From Paraspadella gotoi (taxonomy: Eukaryota; Animalia; Chaetognatha), in the NCBI GenBank assembly GCA_051294375.1, contig CM119264.1, forward strand, positions 21,733,582 through 21,797,581: a stretch of 64,000 nucleotides of DNA, in the 5' to 3' direction. A program made the position numbers and the translations under genes. Of this stretch, positions 1 through 13,714 are shown one piece after another. The stretch's first letter is position 1; each line of letters begins with the position of its first letter. The notes under the pieces are model-generated. The model worked only from the letters and a program-made list of their open reading frames with translations. It had not been told where the DNA came from and did no database searches.

Positions 1-59
1 ACCGGAGTCTTTAACTCTTTAACTCTTTATACTTAATAAAAGAAAGAAAGCCACTCGTT

Positions 60-720
60 CATTTGCTAGTCCTGGCTACTGGGCTCGTCGGATCATTGCT
101 CATCCGAGGTTGTTGCAAATCTTATTGAAACTTGATGTGCTCAATAAAACTAAAAGGTTCTTTTTATCTTAAAGACAAAGAGTTTATTGACCCCAGCGAG
201 AGCGATAACCCTGATTATTTATTTATTTATTTATCTAATTTTTCTCTTTTCCATTCCACTCGCGAAACCAGAAACCTTCGTCAAGATAAGTCCATTTATT
301 CGCCCGAAGCATTTGCGGATTTAAATTGCAAGCGCAATTGCAAGTGCTATTGCAATTGTCCGCCCGATAACTCTTTTTTTTTCCTCCGCGTGGCGGAATT
401 TCCATTCGAGCGTCCGACAACAATTTATTTCTGGTTTATAGCTTTAGAAGCGGACGAAATTCTTGCTTTTTACTTTGATAATTCCAAAGGAAAGACACAG
501 ACTTCCTTGGTTTCTCGTCTTCTCTTCCAAGTTCCATGTTCCATTGTTTAATGTCTTATCTTGATTATAAAAATCTAAAGTTCTCTCTCTTTCATAAGGT
601 GGAAACATTTCATCCCCAAAATCTTTTTTATTTATTCTTCGGTTTAATTCATTATTCTTTGCGTCGCAGCTGAACTGAATTATCTTATCTTCTACTTCTA
701 CTGCCACTTATATGTTATTT
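60..720 (-). mobile_element. Possible decayed LINE (APE endonuclease N-terminus) relic
   Basis: Minus-strand translation contains TLNNGTWNL, which resembles the 'lrigTWNv' start of LINE APE endonucleases. Stops and frameshifts follow. No other motif is clearly recognisable. Confidence 0.2.
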
Positions 721-986
721 CAAATCGGCTTTTTTATTGAGGTTTTTAAATTTAGAATTGGTAAGTAGGACGCATTGCATTCCTTCTTTTTTTAATTTTC
801 CAATTTTTCGCTAGTTTATTTTTTTCACATCAATCGTTCCTCATCATCTTCAATCGCACGCGCCCCATACTAAACTCTCGTTTGATCACGCATGCCTCGC
901 CCCCGCACCATCGATCGCATTCTCGCGTTTCTCACTCGATCGTCCGGTTGTTTTTCCTATCATCGCACGAAGGAAGTCGATTGAGG

Positions 987-3914
987 TCAAGTCTCACTTA
1001 TCTTTTGCGCTTCTTTGTAATCTTCGTTTTCATTTGATTATGAAATAGTCTGCTTAGTCTCCTACTCCTCAGAATTCTTTTGCCCGCTCAATTTCAAGAG
1101 TTCGAAGGATATGAAAAATCTTAATCTTTACATCACGCTCAATTTTTAAGTCGATTTAACTCGCAAGAAACTCAAAACATACGAAGATACAAAACAATAC
1201 AAAGTACTATTACAATCCTTCTACTACATAGTGGAGAGAAATCAACTATCGCCCTCAGCTAACGCCATGGGCGTGGTCAACAATCGGGAGAGCATTCCAA
1301 CAAAAAAGTAGAGATTTCCCGCCAGGGAAAAAAGTCAAAAAACAAAGGAGCAGCGAAACGAAGTGGCTTTTTTGAGGACCTTGTGACAAATCCAGTTTCA
1401 AGTTGGCCTTTGCTCGACCGAAGGAATTAGACGCGACGCAAGCGTAACTCCCGGCGTCGTCGGTGACGACGTCGCGGATCGTCAGCGTCAAGACGAAGAC
1501 GCCGACGTCGCGTCTCTCGATCTTCATCGTCATTCGTCCGCCGGAGACGATCGATTCGCCGTCCTCGTCATGGGAATGGGGAAGATTAGTATTGGAAGGT
1601 GTTGGCGAGTGGTGGTGCCAAGAGTAGATGCAATGTATTGTGTACGATTAGGGACCAACAAGATTAGCCGGTGCAGATTTAGAAGGAAACTGTTATCTCG
1701 TGTGGAAAAAAGGATAATTAGAACTGTATTATCTCCTCTCTACTCTCTTTCCATCTCCTTCCTCCCCTTTTCCTCCTCCTACCTCTTTCCTTCTTCCTCC
1801 ACCTCCCCCTACCTTCGACCAAGCCGCTTCCGGCGCGGGGTCACCGGAACACGTGACCCTAAACACGACGGACGACGCCTCTTTCCTTATTTCCGGTTGC
1901 GTGAGAAACTTGGGCGCCGATCCAGACGGCGCTTGTTCTGTTTGGAGATGACAGTTTACATCTCGGACTCAGGATTAACGAAACTATAATGTCCATTTTG
2001 TAAAATGCATTTTATTATCTTTCCTTCTGCCTTTTATCTTGCAGCCTTCTTTTAATTGTGGTAGTAAAACAGCTTAAATGTGCATATTGCAATAAGCATT
2101 TTAATATCAAGCTTCCTTTCTTTTTTATCTTCTTTCCTTCTTATGCAATGTCGTTCTTGCCCTCATATTTCTTATTCTGTTTTTCTTCTATCTCTACTTT
2201 CTTTTGGCTTCCTCTCTCTTCTCCTATCTACCCCCATAATCTTTTCTCTTTTCTCTCTCCCTCTTCTTCTCCTTGCATCCCCTTCCCCCAATCTCTTTCC
2301 CCTTCCCCCAATCCCTTCTCTCTCCCTTCCCATCTCTTTCCCTCCCAATTCTTTTCCGCATTCCATCGACCCACCTTGCGACAGATCCAACTTCATATTG
2401 GCTTTGCCTTCCGAACGCGTTGGTCGCCACGCACATGTACGTCCCCGAATCTTCGACGGTGGCGCGCGTCACGCGTAGCGTCAACACGTAAACCCCGGGA
2501 CGCCACGCGACGTCCATGGAGCGCGGAGTCGGTCGCCGAGGGCGAGGGCGGAACCGTTCTTTAGAGGATGGGAGTCAGGGGCGAGGGAAGTGGGAATCCG
2601 CCAAGGGCGGAAGTCGATGGGTCCCATTTATTTCTCGCTTGGTTTTTATGATTTATTTCTCTACTAAACAATAGATCTCGTTTCTTTCATTATTTTTTTT
2701 CATGCATGTACGTATATGTATATGTATATATGCAGCATTTTTTAACAAGTTTAATTCTTCTTTATTTTTTTCTTTTTATTTCTTTCCTTTCCTCCATTTT
2801 TTTCTAATCTCTTCACGCCACACCTTGGTTCACTCCGCTTCAGGCTCGTTATTCCTTTTCTTTCCTATCTTTCCTTTCCTCCCTTTCCTCCACCCCACAC
2901 ATCCATCCACTGTTCCCTCCGGCTCTTTATTCCTTTTCTTTCCTCCCTTTCCTTTCCTCCCTTTCCTCCACCCCACACCTTGCTCCACTCCGCCTCGGGC
3001 TCCGGCTCCGCAACGCAGGCGACTTCGAAGACGACGTCGTCTCCGTCGCTGCGGATTTCCGGTTTGGAGAGAAAGGAAGGGGCGGAGCCTTTGGGAAGGG
3101 CGTCCTCGGCCAGGGAGGGGCGACGGGTATCTTGGGCTGAGGGTGGATTCGAGAAGGTTATGGGTCGGTTAAACGGGTCAAGTGGGGTGAAGTGGGTTAA
3201 AGGGGTGAAGTTAAAGGGGTGAAGTTAAAGGGGTGAAGTGGGCAATGTATTTCGTGGGACATGAACAGGTAGGGGGGATGGCGTGAAGTGTGTAGGTGGC
3301 GTGATATGCGATGTATCGCAACGTTGACGACGATGACGACGATGACGACGAAAAAGAAGAAGAAAAATCGAAGAAAACGAAGATGACGACGAAGACAATT
3401 TACCAAGACAGTAATTGTTTTAGTAAAGTTAAATTTGTTTTTAAAAGTTTCGAAGTTAGTTTTTTAGTAAATTTTAATTTGAGTCACCCACGTCATTAGT
3501 CCAAGTGAGTGAATCACCAAGATTCGTGATGAATAAAGTCATTGAATAAAACGCAGCATCGCGGTTAGTGATGGATGAATCACGAGGGAAGCGAATTCGG
3601 GGGTGAAAGGCAAAAAAGAAAACGTGAAATCGTTAGTGAGTTTATGAAACATATACCGTTCACAATAACGGTTTGTATTTGCATCACAAATAATACCTTG
3701 TAACCAATCTACGTTTAATAATATCAATTTTAAATATCATATCCCATATTTTGAATTTGATATTTTCAGAATTCGAAGGATTTTTTTCTAGAATCGAATC
3801 CAACGTATCACATGGACCCCAACAGATGAGCCTCACGGTCGACGACTCAACCAGAGCAAGGCCCTGAAGGCTTTTGGCTAAAATTACACCTCTCTCTCTC
3901 TCTATCATCTCTCT

Positions 3915-4007
<93 letters not shown>

Positions 4008-4065
4008 TCTCTTCTCCTTGCGTCACAACGTGATTTGTAGTTGGTTATTCAATAATTTTTTCAAG

Positions 4066-4144
<79 letters not shown>

Positions 4145-6211
4145 CTTTCGGTCAGAAATAGCGAGGGAGCCGATAAATCTCTAGAGTGTCGCCTGAAGTG
4201 ACGACATCTCCTGAGAGATTCTTTCGATCATCGTCGCTGAAGGCCTTCACGATAGAGACAAACCGAGCGTCGCTGTTGTCACAAGCTACCTCTCCTCGAC
4301 GAGCATCTTACCCACACAACTTACCTTAACCCAACAACCTTACCTTACACAACGTCTTAACGGCTTTAATGCACACAGAGCACTCATGCAACCAGGGCAA
4401 AATGTCATTTCCCACTGCCCAACCCGATTCACCACAAATATCCTCAAAAAAATGATTTTTCATGGCGAAAAAGTGATAAATGAAAAAGGGGTTTTAGGTC
4501 CAAAAAATGTTTCCCATGGCAGTGAATTAAATCCGGGTCGATACTAACAGTCACCCCGGAGCGGCACCCTCTTCACCTCGACTCGTAACTTCGCGAAAAA
4601 AAACTCACCGAAGACATTCACGCTCGAAATCGCGATCACGCGCCGATCACGTGATGGCGATTCGACGCGTTCGGCCCATTCGATCAATCATTCGATTAAC
4701 CGTCACAACTTTTTTTCACTTTTCACCTTCTTTTTGTTCACGAAGTCTTTGAATTCTCTACCAAATCTTTCACAATTTTTTTAAAATTCTATTCTCACGC
4801 CCCTTTTCTACGTATTTAAAAATTCAAAAATAAAACTCTCGAATGGTTTTCTGGGGTGATTTCAATTTAAATTTTATAGTACAAAAATCGTTCAGTAGGA
4901 CGTTTCGAAAGGCACACGGTGAATTGTGGCTCAAAAACAATACTACTATCTAGGAAAAAAGTATATCACATTTTTAATTGAGGATATCTACTCAAAAACA
5001 TATTTGATTTAAAAAAAAATTAGAATGTTTCCAAATCTACATTGAATATTCTCTCAGTAGCTTACTTCATTTTTTCGTTGGTCAAATCTTTTAGAAGTTA
5101 CAGGCTACTTCAAATAAAAAATGGCGAAAAAAATCATATTTAATTTTTTGCCATTTTTGCTATTTAGATATTAGTTTTTATTTCAAATAGAGTTTTTAAT
5201 TTGTTTTATTTTGGTAAAGCATTGCACCTTTTTTTGGTTCAAAAAAGTGATATTATAGCTTTCAAAAAAGAGGGAAAGACGTGGAAACACATTTTACTGT
5301 TATACCTCAATTCGCCGAGGGACGGCATACCAAATATTCAGAATGTTTTAACAATATTTTATATATTTTTTATTTAATAAATACACTTTTCAACAATTAT
5401 GTGATATACTTTTTTCCTAGATAGTAGCATTTTAAAATTACATAAAACTGCCGAAAAAAAAAACTAACCACGATTTTAATTTCTTAAGACTTATTATAAC
5501 CAACCCGAACTCAAGACCTCCACACCACCCCTCCCCAATCCATCACGCCCTCTCGACAAAAACTCACCGTCGAAGTTGAGTCCGATGTTGGCGTTCGATT
5601 CCCCGAAATTGTTCTTGCACGTGACCCTGTAGCGACCCGCGTCGGCCATGGTGACGCTGGCGATCTCCAGCGCGATAACAAACTGGTTTCCGGTCACGTT
5701 GATGAACGTCTCGAATCGGCCTGGTTTGAGAAGGAGAAGGTTTGAGAAGGAGAAGGAGAAGGTTTGAGAACGTTGAGAAGGAGAAGGTTGAGAAGGAGAA
5801 GGTTGAGGAGAAGGTTGAGGAGAAGGTTGAGGAGAAGGTTGAGGAGAGGTTGAGGAGAAGTTTGAGGAGAAGGTTGAGAAGGAGAAGGTTTGAGAACGTC
5901 TCGAATCGGCCTGGTTTGAGAAGGAGTGAGGGGAAAGAAAGTTGGACAGGGAAAACATTCTAGTTGCGAAAGATCGATCCACAGAGGCATTCCCGCATTA
6001 TTTGCGAGAAACTCCAAAGAACGACCGCATTTCAAGACGATGCAAATCAACCAAGCACTCAAGTCACGTCCGATGAAAACACGCTCCCTATCCGCCAGAT
6101 TAACACTCCAGTCACACTCCGGACACATCTCGACGATCCAATGCACGAAGGTTCACCGTCTAATAAATCATAAAACATCAAGAGATCGAAGACGACGATG
6201 GTGGTCTCTCT

Positions 6212-6293
<82 letters not shown>

Positions 6294-7611
6294 TCCATCA
6301 ACGATCCTATCTCCTTCACGGAACCACTCGACGACGGGCGATGGCGACGCGTTGACTTTGCATTCGAACCTCAACTTTTTTCCGCCTTCGAGTTGTTTGA
6401 TGACCGGTTTGGCGATGAAGGAGGGAGAGACCCCTCCCTCAGGTCTGTGGGGGTGTTGTGGAGTTTTGGATGTGGGGTGTTAGAGTGGAAATTACTTTAG
6501 TGTGTCACATTACTTTAGTGCTTTCAAAAAAACTCTTACATACACAATACATTTTCATGATTTTAAGATTTTACATCAGATAGATTTCTATTCAAGCCAT
6601 TCAAATAATATTTACCCCGCGAGATTTACCTCTCAAAACATCATCTAGTGACTTGTTATTTTTTAAAGATTTACTCATCAGTTTCGATTCTTTATATTCG
6701 CTGGTCTTTCCGGAAACCCAGACGGATAAAAACAAAGATTCCCTCAGTTTTCCGATATTTTTTTCCCACAACTTCTCTCAGATTTTTGTCACAACAAACT
6801 CGAAATTCGATTCCATGATACTTACTTTTTGGGGGCCGTCTCTTCGTTTTCTGATGCGCAAAGGGAGGGGCGGAATTAATAATGTAATCAAAATTATTTT
6901 TTGTGAAGAGACACCTACGTTGAAAACTTAGGTTTATATTACGTTAATTATATATTAATACTAACATAATCGTTTTCTGTTTTTATGTCATTCTTATCAA
7001 CAGAGTTTAATTAATAAACAATGCGTTCAACATTTACTGAGATCAATTTTTGGTGATTATATAGATTCCCCTTATCTATGTTCATCATCAGTCCTATTTC
7101 CATTATAAAGAAGTAGTCACTATATGCAAGAACGCGCCTTGAATCCTGTTGTTCGTTGTTATTGTAGTTGTTGTAGTCCATTTTCAGTTTTTACATTCAT
7201 TGAATTGGATCTTTTAAATCTCGGCTCAGCTCGGATTCTCAGCTCGGGTCTTCTTTCAATTTCCTTGAGAATTTTTCGATCTTAAAATTTAAAAACATTT
7301 TCCCCCCACAAGTTTCCGTACAATTTGGAATAATGATTTCAATGTTGTTATTCGTGATGATAATGATATTAATGACGACGATGATGATGGTATTGATGAT
7401 AACGATCTATGATTATGACAGTGATGACGAAATAACGTCGATGATCGAAGGAGATAAATTCACGACGCGTAGAATCACGATGACCTTCACATCGTCGAGG
7501 TGGGGAATTGGGACGATGGGGAAAAAGGGGAAAATCAGGGGAGGGAAAGAATGAGAAATGGTAAAAGAATGATGGCAGACATGGGAAGAAAATGGGGAAA
7601 ATAGAAGAGAG

Positions 7612-7642
<31 letters not shown>

Positions 7643-9008
7643 GTAGAAGGAAATTGAACGATTCCTGATAAAAAGACGAATTGAGAAAAGAGACAATATG
7701 TAAATTTGTTGGCTTTGTTTCCCGAGACTCACATTTATTATCGGTCAAAAAAGCGGCCTTTTTTTCCCAGAACGCCCCATTTTATCTGAATTTTATCTGA
7801 ATAAGGAATTAAGTTAGTTTTTTAAGTTAAAGATAGGTTAAAGGTTAGAGTTAGGGATTAGGTTAAGGATTAGATTAATAATTAAGGTTAGTGACTCGAT
7901 TTGTGATTAGGCTTAGAGATTTGAGTTCGGGATTAACATTTAGGGATAAGGATTTCAGGATTAGGTTAGGTTTAAAGATTAAGGTTAGGGATTAGGGTCA
8001 GAGATTGGTTTATAAGTTTAAAAATACATTTAAGTCAAATATCAAAGCTAAAAATAAATTCTTGAAAAAACGAATAGAAAAGTTATGCATTGAGATAATC
8101 TCCTTCCTTTCGTTCTTTCTCCTCTCACTTTCTCTCTCTCACTCTCAATGTTAATTTGTTGATATATTTTTTTGTTTAACTTTAAGAAATACTTTTTTCA
8201 TCGAATTTTCCCTTTTTTCCGCCTCTCATTTTGTCATAGAAATTCCCACTCTCGTCAATACATTCATTAATGGATAAAAGTGCTCTTTAGTCCAGTTTTT
8301 TTTTTCTTTATCGGACTTTCCATTAACCTGTTAGCGGCCAAACCTTTTTTTTTATTTTCCTCTTTTTGTCCTCAAATCGACGCTTTTTTTTCTCACAATT
8401 TCTGTTGGTTTCTTTCTTCCAAATCTCAATTTCACTTAATTCGCCTCTCGTCCTTTCTCTTCTAATTTGCCTATTTTGCCTATTTTGTTGATTTCGCTTT
8501 GCAAACTTTCAGCCACTTAACTTTTAACCCTAAAGCTCGATCGGCTCGACCGCCGCCTCTTCACGAATTTCACTCGACTTCGATCATACCTTTGAAACTT
8601 TTTCACAGCAAATCAGTTCCTCCCCACCGAAACATTTTCTCTATGTCCCTACTTAATACTTAGATGTGAAACGTTGTGCTGTGAACTCGCTCGCTCTCTC
8701 TCTCTCCTCCGTCTCTCTCTCTCTCTTCTCTCCTCTCTCGTCTCTCTCCTCTCTCTCTCTCTCTCCTCTCTCTCTCTCCGCTCTCTTCAGCTCAACATTT
8801 TCAATTTTCTAATAAAAAATGGCTTAATTAAAAATTTTCGACGCCTTGCAAAAACGAAACCTTTTCAATTTCGAATTCTTTTGGTTTTTTGGTAGCGCTC
8901 TCTCTCTCTTTTTGCATTAAATTTATCGTAAGAAAATGAAAAAAGCTAAGGAACAAAGGAAACAAAAAAACAGAGAGGGGAGAGGTAAAAGAGAAAAGGA
9001 GAGAGAAA

Positions 9009-9070
<62 letters not shown>

Positions 9071-9276
9071 AGAAAATAAAAAGAAACACAATGAAAGAGA
9101 GCCCATCAATTTGTTATCATCCACTTGACAATGATGACTCCGGTTCTGTAAAAAAAAAAACTTCAATCGTTAAAAAAAATCTGTTGATTTTAAAGTGAGA
9201 ATCACAAAAGTGTTCCCAATTTAAGATTTATGGCCGACATACAAACGAGTGTCATGAATTACCAGTAATTTTTTGA

Positions 9277-9329
<53 letters not shown>

Positions 9330-11255
9330 AACCTATTTCGCCTCTCATACTTTTTTTTTCATCCCAGCCAAAGACCCTTTGAATGCCAAAAATTCGGAAA
9401 AATGTTAAAAAGTGTTGTCTCCTTAATTATCGGAGTCATTAATGTCATTTTCTTAGCGAAACTAAATGTCATGAAACCGGGAGTTCGAAAGAGAAGATCG
9501 AATGAGCCGACTGGAGAAGAGAAGGGAAAAGGGAGAAAGAGAAAGGGGAAAGGGGAATGAGAAAGGGAAAGGGGAAAGGGAAAAAGAGAAAGAGTAACGG
9601 GAAAAGGAAAATGAAAATGGGCAATAGGAAAGGAAAATGGATAGGGGAAAGAGAAAGGGGAAAAAGGGAAAGGAGGGAGAAAGAAAGAGAAAGGATTTCA
9701 AGGAAAATCAAAAAAAATTACGTAAAAGAAGGGACGGGGTAAATAACTTTCGCCATTTTCTCAATTTTTCTTTTCTTCATCTCGGATTCTTTTTTTTTCC
9801 CCTTTGTCTCTTTTTCTTTTTTTTCTGTCTCCTCTTTTCATTTCTCCTTCAATTTCTCACTTTCTTGTCAAACTCAGAAACTCCCTCTTCGTTCTTCCCT
9901 CTTTGTTTTTCCCTCTTTGTTTTTACTCTCTTTTTTTCCTCAGTTAGTTCGCGTATGCAAACTGCAAAGTAAAAAATTAAATCCAAGAATTTAATCACAA
10001 CGCGATAATGTTTGTGTGAGAAAAAATAGCATTGTTATAAATCACCCTTTACCCAGTCTCCCACGTCTCCCTCAGGTATCACCGGTCCGACGAGAACGCA
10101 CGTTCTGACGACAAAATCATCGTTCGTCCCTCGAGATTCGGCGACGACTTTTCACAACAAAAAGGCGACGCCTTTTGCGTGACGTCATGACGTCATCATC
10201 TCAATTCATTCTCCGCTTTCATCAATCGCTCACGAGCCTTGAGACAAACGCACATCAGTGTATTTTATTGTTTGATTATTGTGATGAAGTGACTCTTTTA
10301 CTTTCACACTATACTTAAACTTTCGATCAAGGTTTTTGCCCTTACCACGTTTTTCGCTCTCTCCGGACATCATTCTCATCATGAAGAATATTCAACTCCG
10401 TTTTTATGTTATATGACAGACTTATGAAAGTTGCAAAATTTATTTTTTCACTATCTTTATTTATTTTTATTTTTTAGATTTAAAATAATTATTGTTTATG
10501 ATTTTATTTATTTGTTAAAATATTTTTGTGTTAAATATTTAAATATAGTATTATTTATCTCTTTGGTATGGGAACGTTAGTGTTGCCTTCTGGAGATACA
10601 AAACCAAAAAAATGAAGGTTTTAATTACGGGAACCGGACGGAGCCTCGCCCCGCGACAGTCCCGAATGATGAATCTGCAAACTTTCCTGAAACTTTTTTT
10701 TTCAACAAAAAAAACTTTCCCCAATCGAAATCGATGTAAATGAATCGAGACCCACGAAATTTGTTGTAAAAAAGTTGTACTACCCTTTTTTCTGTTGATT
10801 TTTTGGGTGAAAAATAGAGTTTGTGCCTTTTGTTTTCTTGTTCTTTTTTTTGTTGGCCGTTCCTAAATCCGGCTTTCGACGTTACAATAATCCTGTTTAC
10901 CAAGCAGCTTTCCCGTTAATCTCTTTTGTATTGGTTTACTTTTCGACTTCCACTTTGACTTAAATTGTTGTCCTACTTTTTCGGTTAGCTTTTTTTTTCT
11001 ATTCTTTTTATTTATGAGCTCCAAGACTCAAAATTTTTGTCCCGACAGGCTGTAGGGTTTTCCTTCGATTGACAAGAAAGGCATCATTATAATTCACATA
11101 TGCGCAACTAGAATACTACAGTAGTTAGAAGTTTGACTATTTTTTATTAACAACATGAATTCACTTTATTGGATACCACCTCTTGTTTTGAAACCACCTT
11201 TCATTGACCACTCCCTCCCCGTTGGAGTACGTGCAATGCTGCAACACAATCGACG

Positions 11256-11288
<33 letters not shown>

Positions 11289-12357
11289 CATCCCAACGAT
11301 TTCATAACTTTTTCGACATTCTCGTATTTTACTTTAGACGCGTTAAATGATCCGATCAAACAGGATGGACGGGCGGGAGGCCGGGGAGTAGACCGCCGTC
11401 CAGGGATGACTATTTCACTTCAACAAGAGCGATAAATTTATTAATGAGAAAATAAACAAGTTTAAAAAAGGAGCTTTTAAAAATACTAAATGAAAATAAA
11501 AAACTTCGCTAGTTGTGAAGAAATTTAATAAAAAAGGTCATAAACGTTAAGGCTATCATAAACACAAAACAAAAACAACAAAGATGAAAACTCTAACATC
11601 GTGTAAAACATTAGCCCCTGTTTCTCCCTAAAAAAAAAACAGCTCTCCCCATGTGTTTTGATTTTTCCTTCCTTTGAATCATTTTTTTCCTTTTTGAAAA
11701 AAAAGAAGATCTCTGCCTATTTTTTATTGGCGGCCAGAGTCGATTTAATGATATCTGAAATGACTGAATGTAAACAAAATGGCGCGAATGTCATAAGTTT
11801 CTCTAGATAGTGATGATAGTGATTATTGCGATGATAATGATGATTGGGATCCGAGTGATGAATCGTCCGTCGCTTCGTCATTGCCAATGACAATGTCAAA
11901 AAAACTTCTCACTTTTTTTGGCTTAGATTGAAGATAAATTTTTGGAAGTTAAAAAAGCGTAGTTAGTACTAAATAAATTAAAAAAGAAATGAACAAACCT
12001 TTACAAAAAAGTAAACGAAATAAATATTAGTAATATAATATATAATATATATAAGTCAACAAAGAAAAATAAATTCTCAAAAAAGCGTACTTCCGAAATT
12101 AAGGTTGATGTTGGCGGAGATTTCTCCGCATGAATTTTGAGCGGTGAGTCGGTAGAGACCGGCGTCTTCGGGTTGAACGTTGAATATCGTCAGCGCCAAC
12201 CTGAATCGGAAACAAAAGGGAAGCGGCGAATCTCAGATTTCAACTTCTTGTAATTGGCCCTGAATATTGGGAACTCGCGATTAGGGAAAAATTTGAAAGT
12301 TTAACGAGACCATTAGCACGGGGCCATTTAACACGCTAGATATTGTATGTTTTTCTT

Positions 12358-12406
<49 letters not shown>

Positions 12407-13647
12407 GCTTTGGCTCATGCTGTCTGGATGAGAGGATTTTGCAATCTTGCGATGGCTGAAGGTTGGCTGTTGTTTCTTTGATCGGCTCGCGTTTCTTTTC
12501 ACATTCAACTTCACAGTACGTGATGATTTCACAACATCGAGGACGAGTAAAGCCAGATCGAATTAGTGCTCTCAAAAAAGTTAAAAGCATTAATCGATGA
12601 GGTTTCCTGCCAGAGTCTGAGAATTGTTTTCTATCTTGTTATTTTTAGTGTTTGACCCTGAGACTTCTTTTAAATTTTTTCAAGTAAACTCGACAGCATA
12701 AATGTTACACCTAAACTTTTAAAGGAACCCTGGAACTGACAACTTACTGTATTTCTTTTGTACCAAGTTTAATTAAACATTGATTTATATTGGGCATAAG
12801 CACTGTCTTCAATCCGATCGACGCTGTATCAAGGAGGAGCCATCCTTTAATGAAATAATCCTCATTAACATTTTTGATTGATGACAGTTTTTCCGTCGTA
12901 ATTGATCAATGTTCAATTATCATGACTAATGTCAAAGCATTGCCCGATCAATATTTGTCATAATTAATTAATTATCAGAACATACAATTCTACATGGTAG
13001 TCAAATCATATATAACTTTGGTCACCCCTCAAAAAAATATCCATTCCCAACCCCTTTCTGTTCAGCCTATATAATATCTAAATATTAGGATTTTTCATTG
13101 ACTTTTTAACAGAAATGATTTGTGATATCTATTAGAAAACTAGGACAGATTGTAATCTTATAATTAAATAATATAGATTAAATACCAAATCCTTCATAAA
13201 ATATAAAAATCTAAAATAGTGAAACAAGTAATTTTCAAATTTTCATAAGCACCCAGATTCGTCGTAATAGAAAAAACAAATATCACCGTCTTCATCATCA
13301 TTGTCACCATCGTCGTCCTAATCATCATCAACATAATCGTCGCCATCATCATCCTCTTCATTCGGACCAAAACTCACTTGTACGACTTTGGTTCCAACTC
13401 TTTGATGCCGAACATGAGTCTCCCCGCGTCTTCCAATTGGACGTCGTCTTTGAACCAGAGCATATTCGGTTTCTCTGGGCACTGCGCAGCGGGATCGAGC
13501 GGCGGGAAGAAGGTAAAGGGTAGTTTAAGATTCAGGTGTTGGGTTTGAAAAGTTATTCGTGGACTTGGTTATCATCTCTCAAAGGAAGATGCCCGAAGGG
13601 CTTTTACAATTTAACATGAAAATAAATTTTAAATTTTGATAAACGTT

Positions 13648-13714
<67 letters not shown>

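Noticed and set aside
3874-4161. Numerous ORFs of LSLSLS/ERERER or F/K-rich composition throughout the ORF track
   Set aside because: They are translations of (CT)n/(AG)n microsatellites and purine/pyrimidine tracts, or antisense shadows of real exons.
4603-4700. Alternative first exon for the Ig gene (strong GTGAGT donor in a CpG-rich patch)
   Set aside because: No ATG in the frame compatible with exon 7. It could be non-coding, but nothing supports that.
7830-8010. True telomere or telomere-fusion site
   Set aside because: The repeats are short, highly degenerate and intronic.
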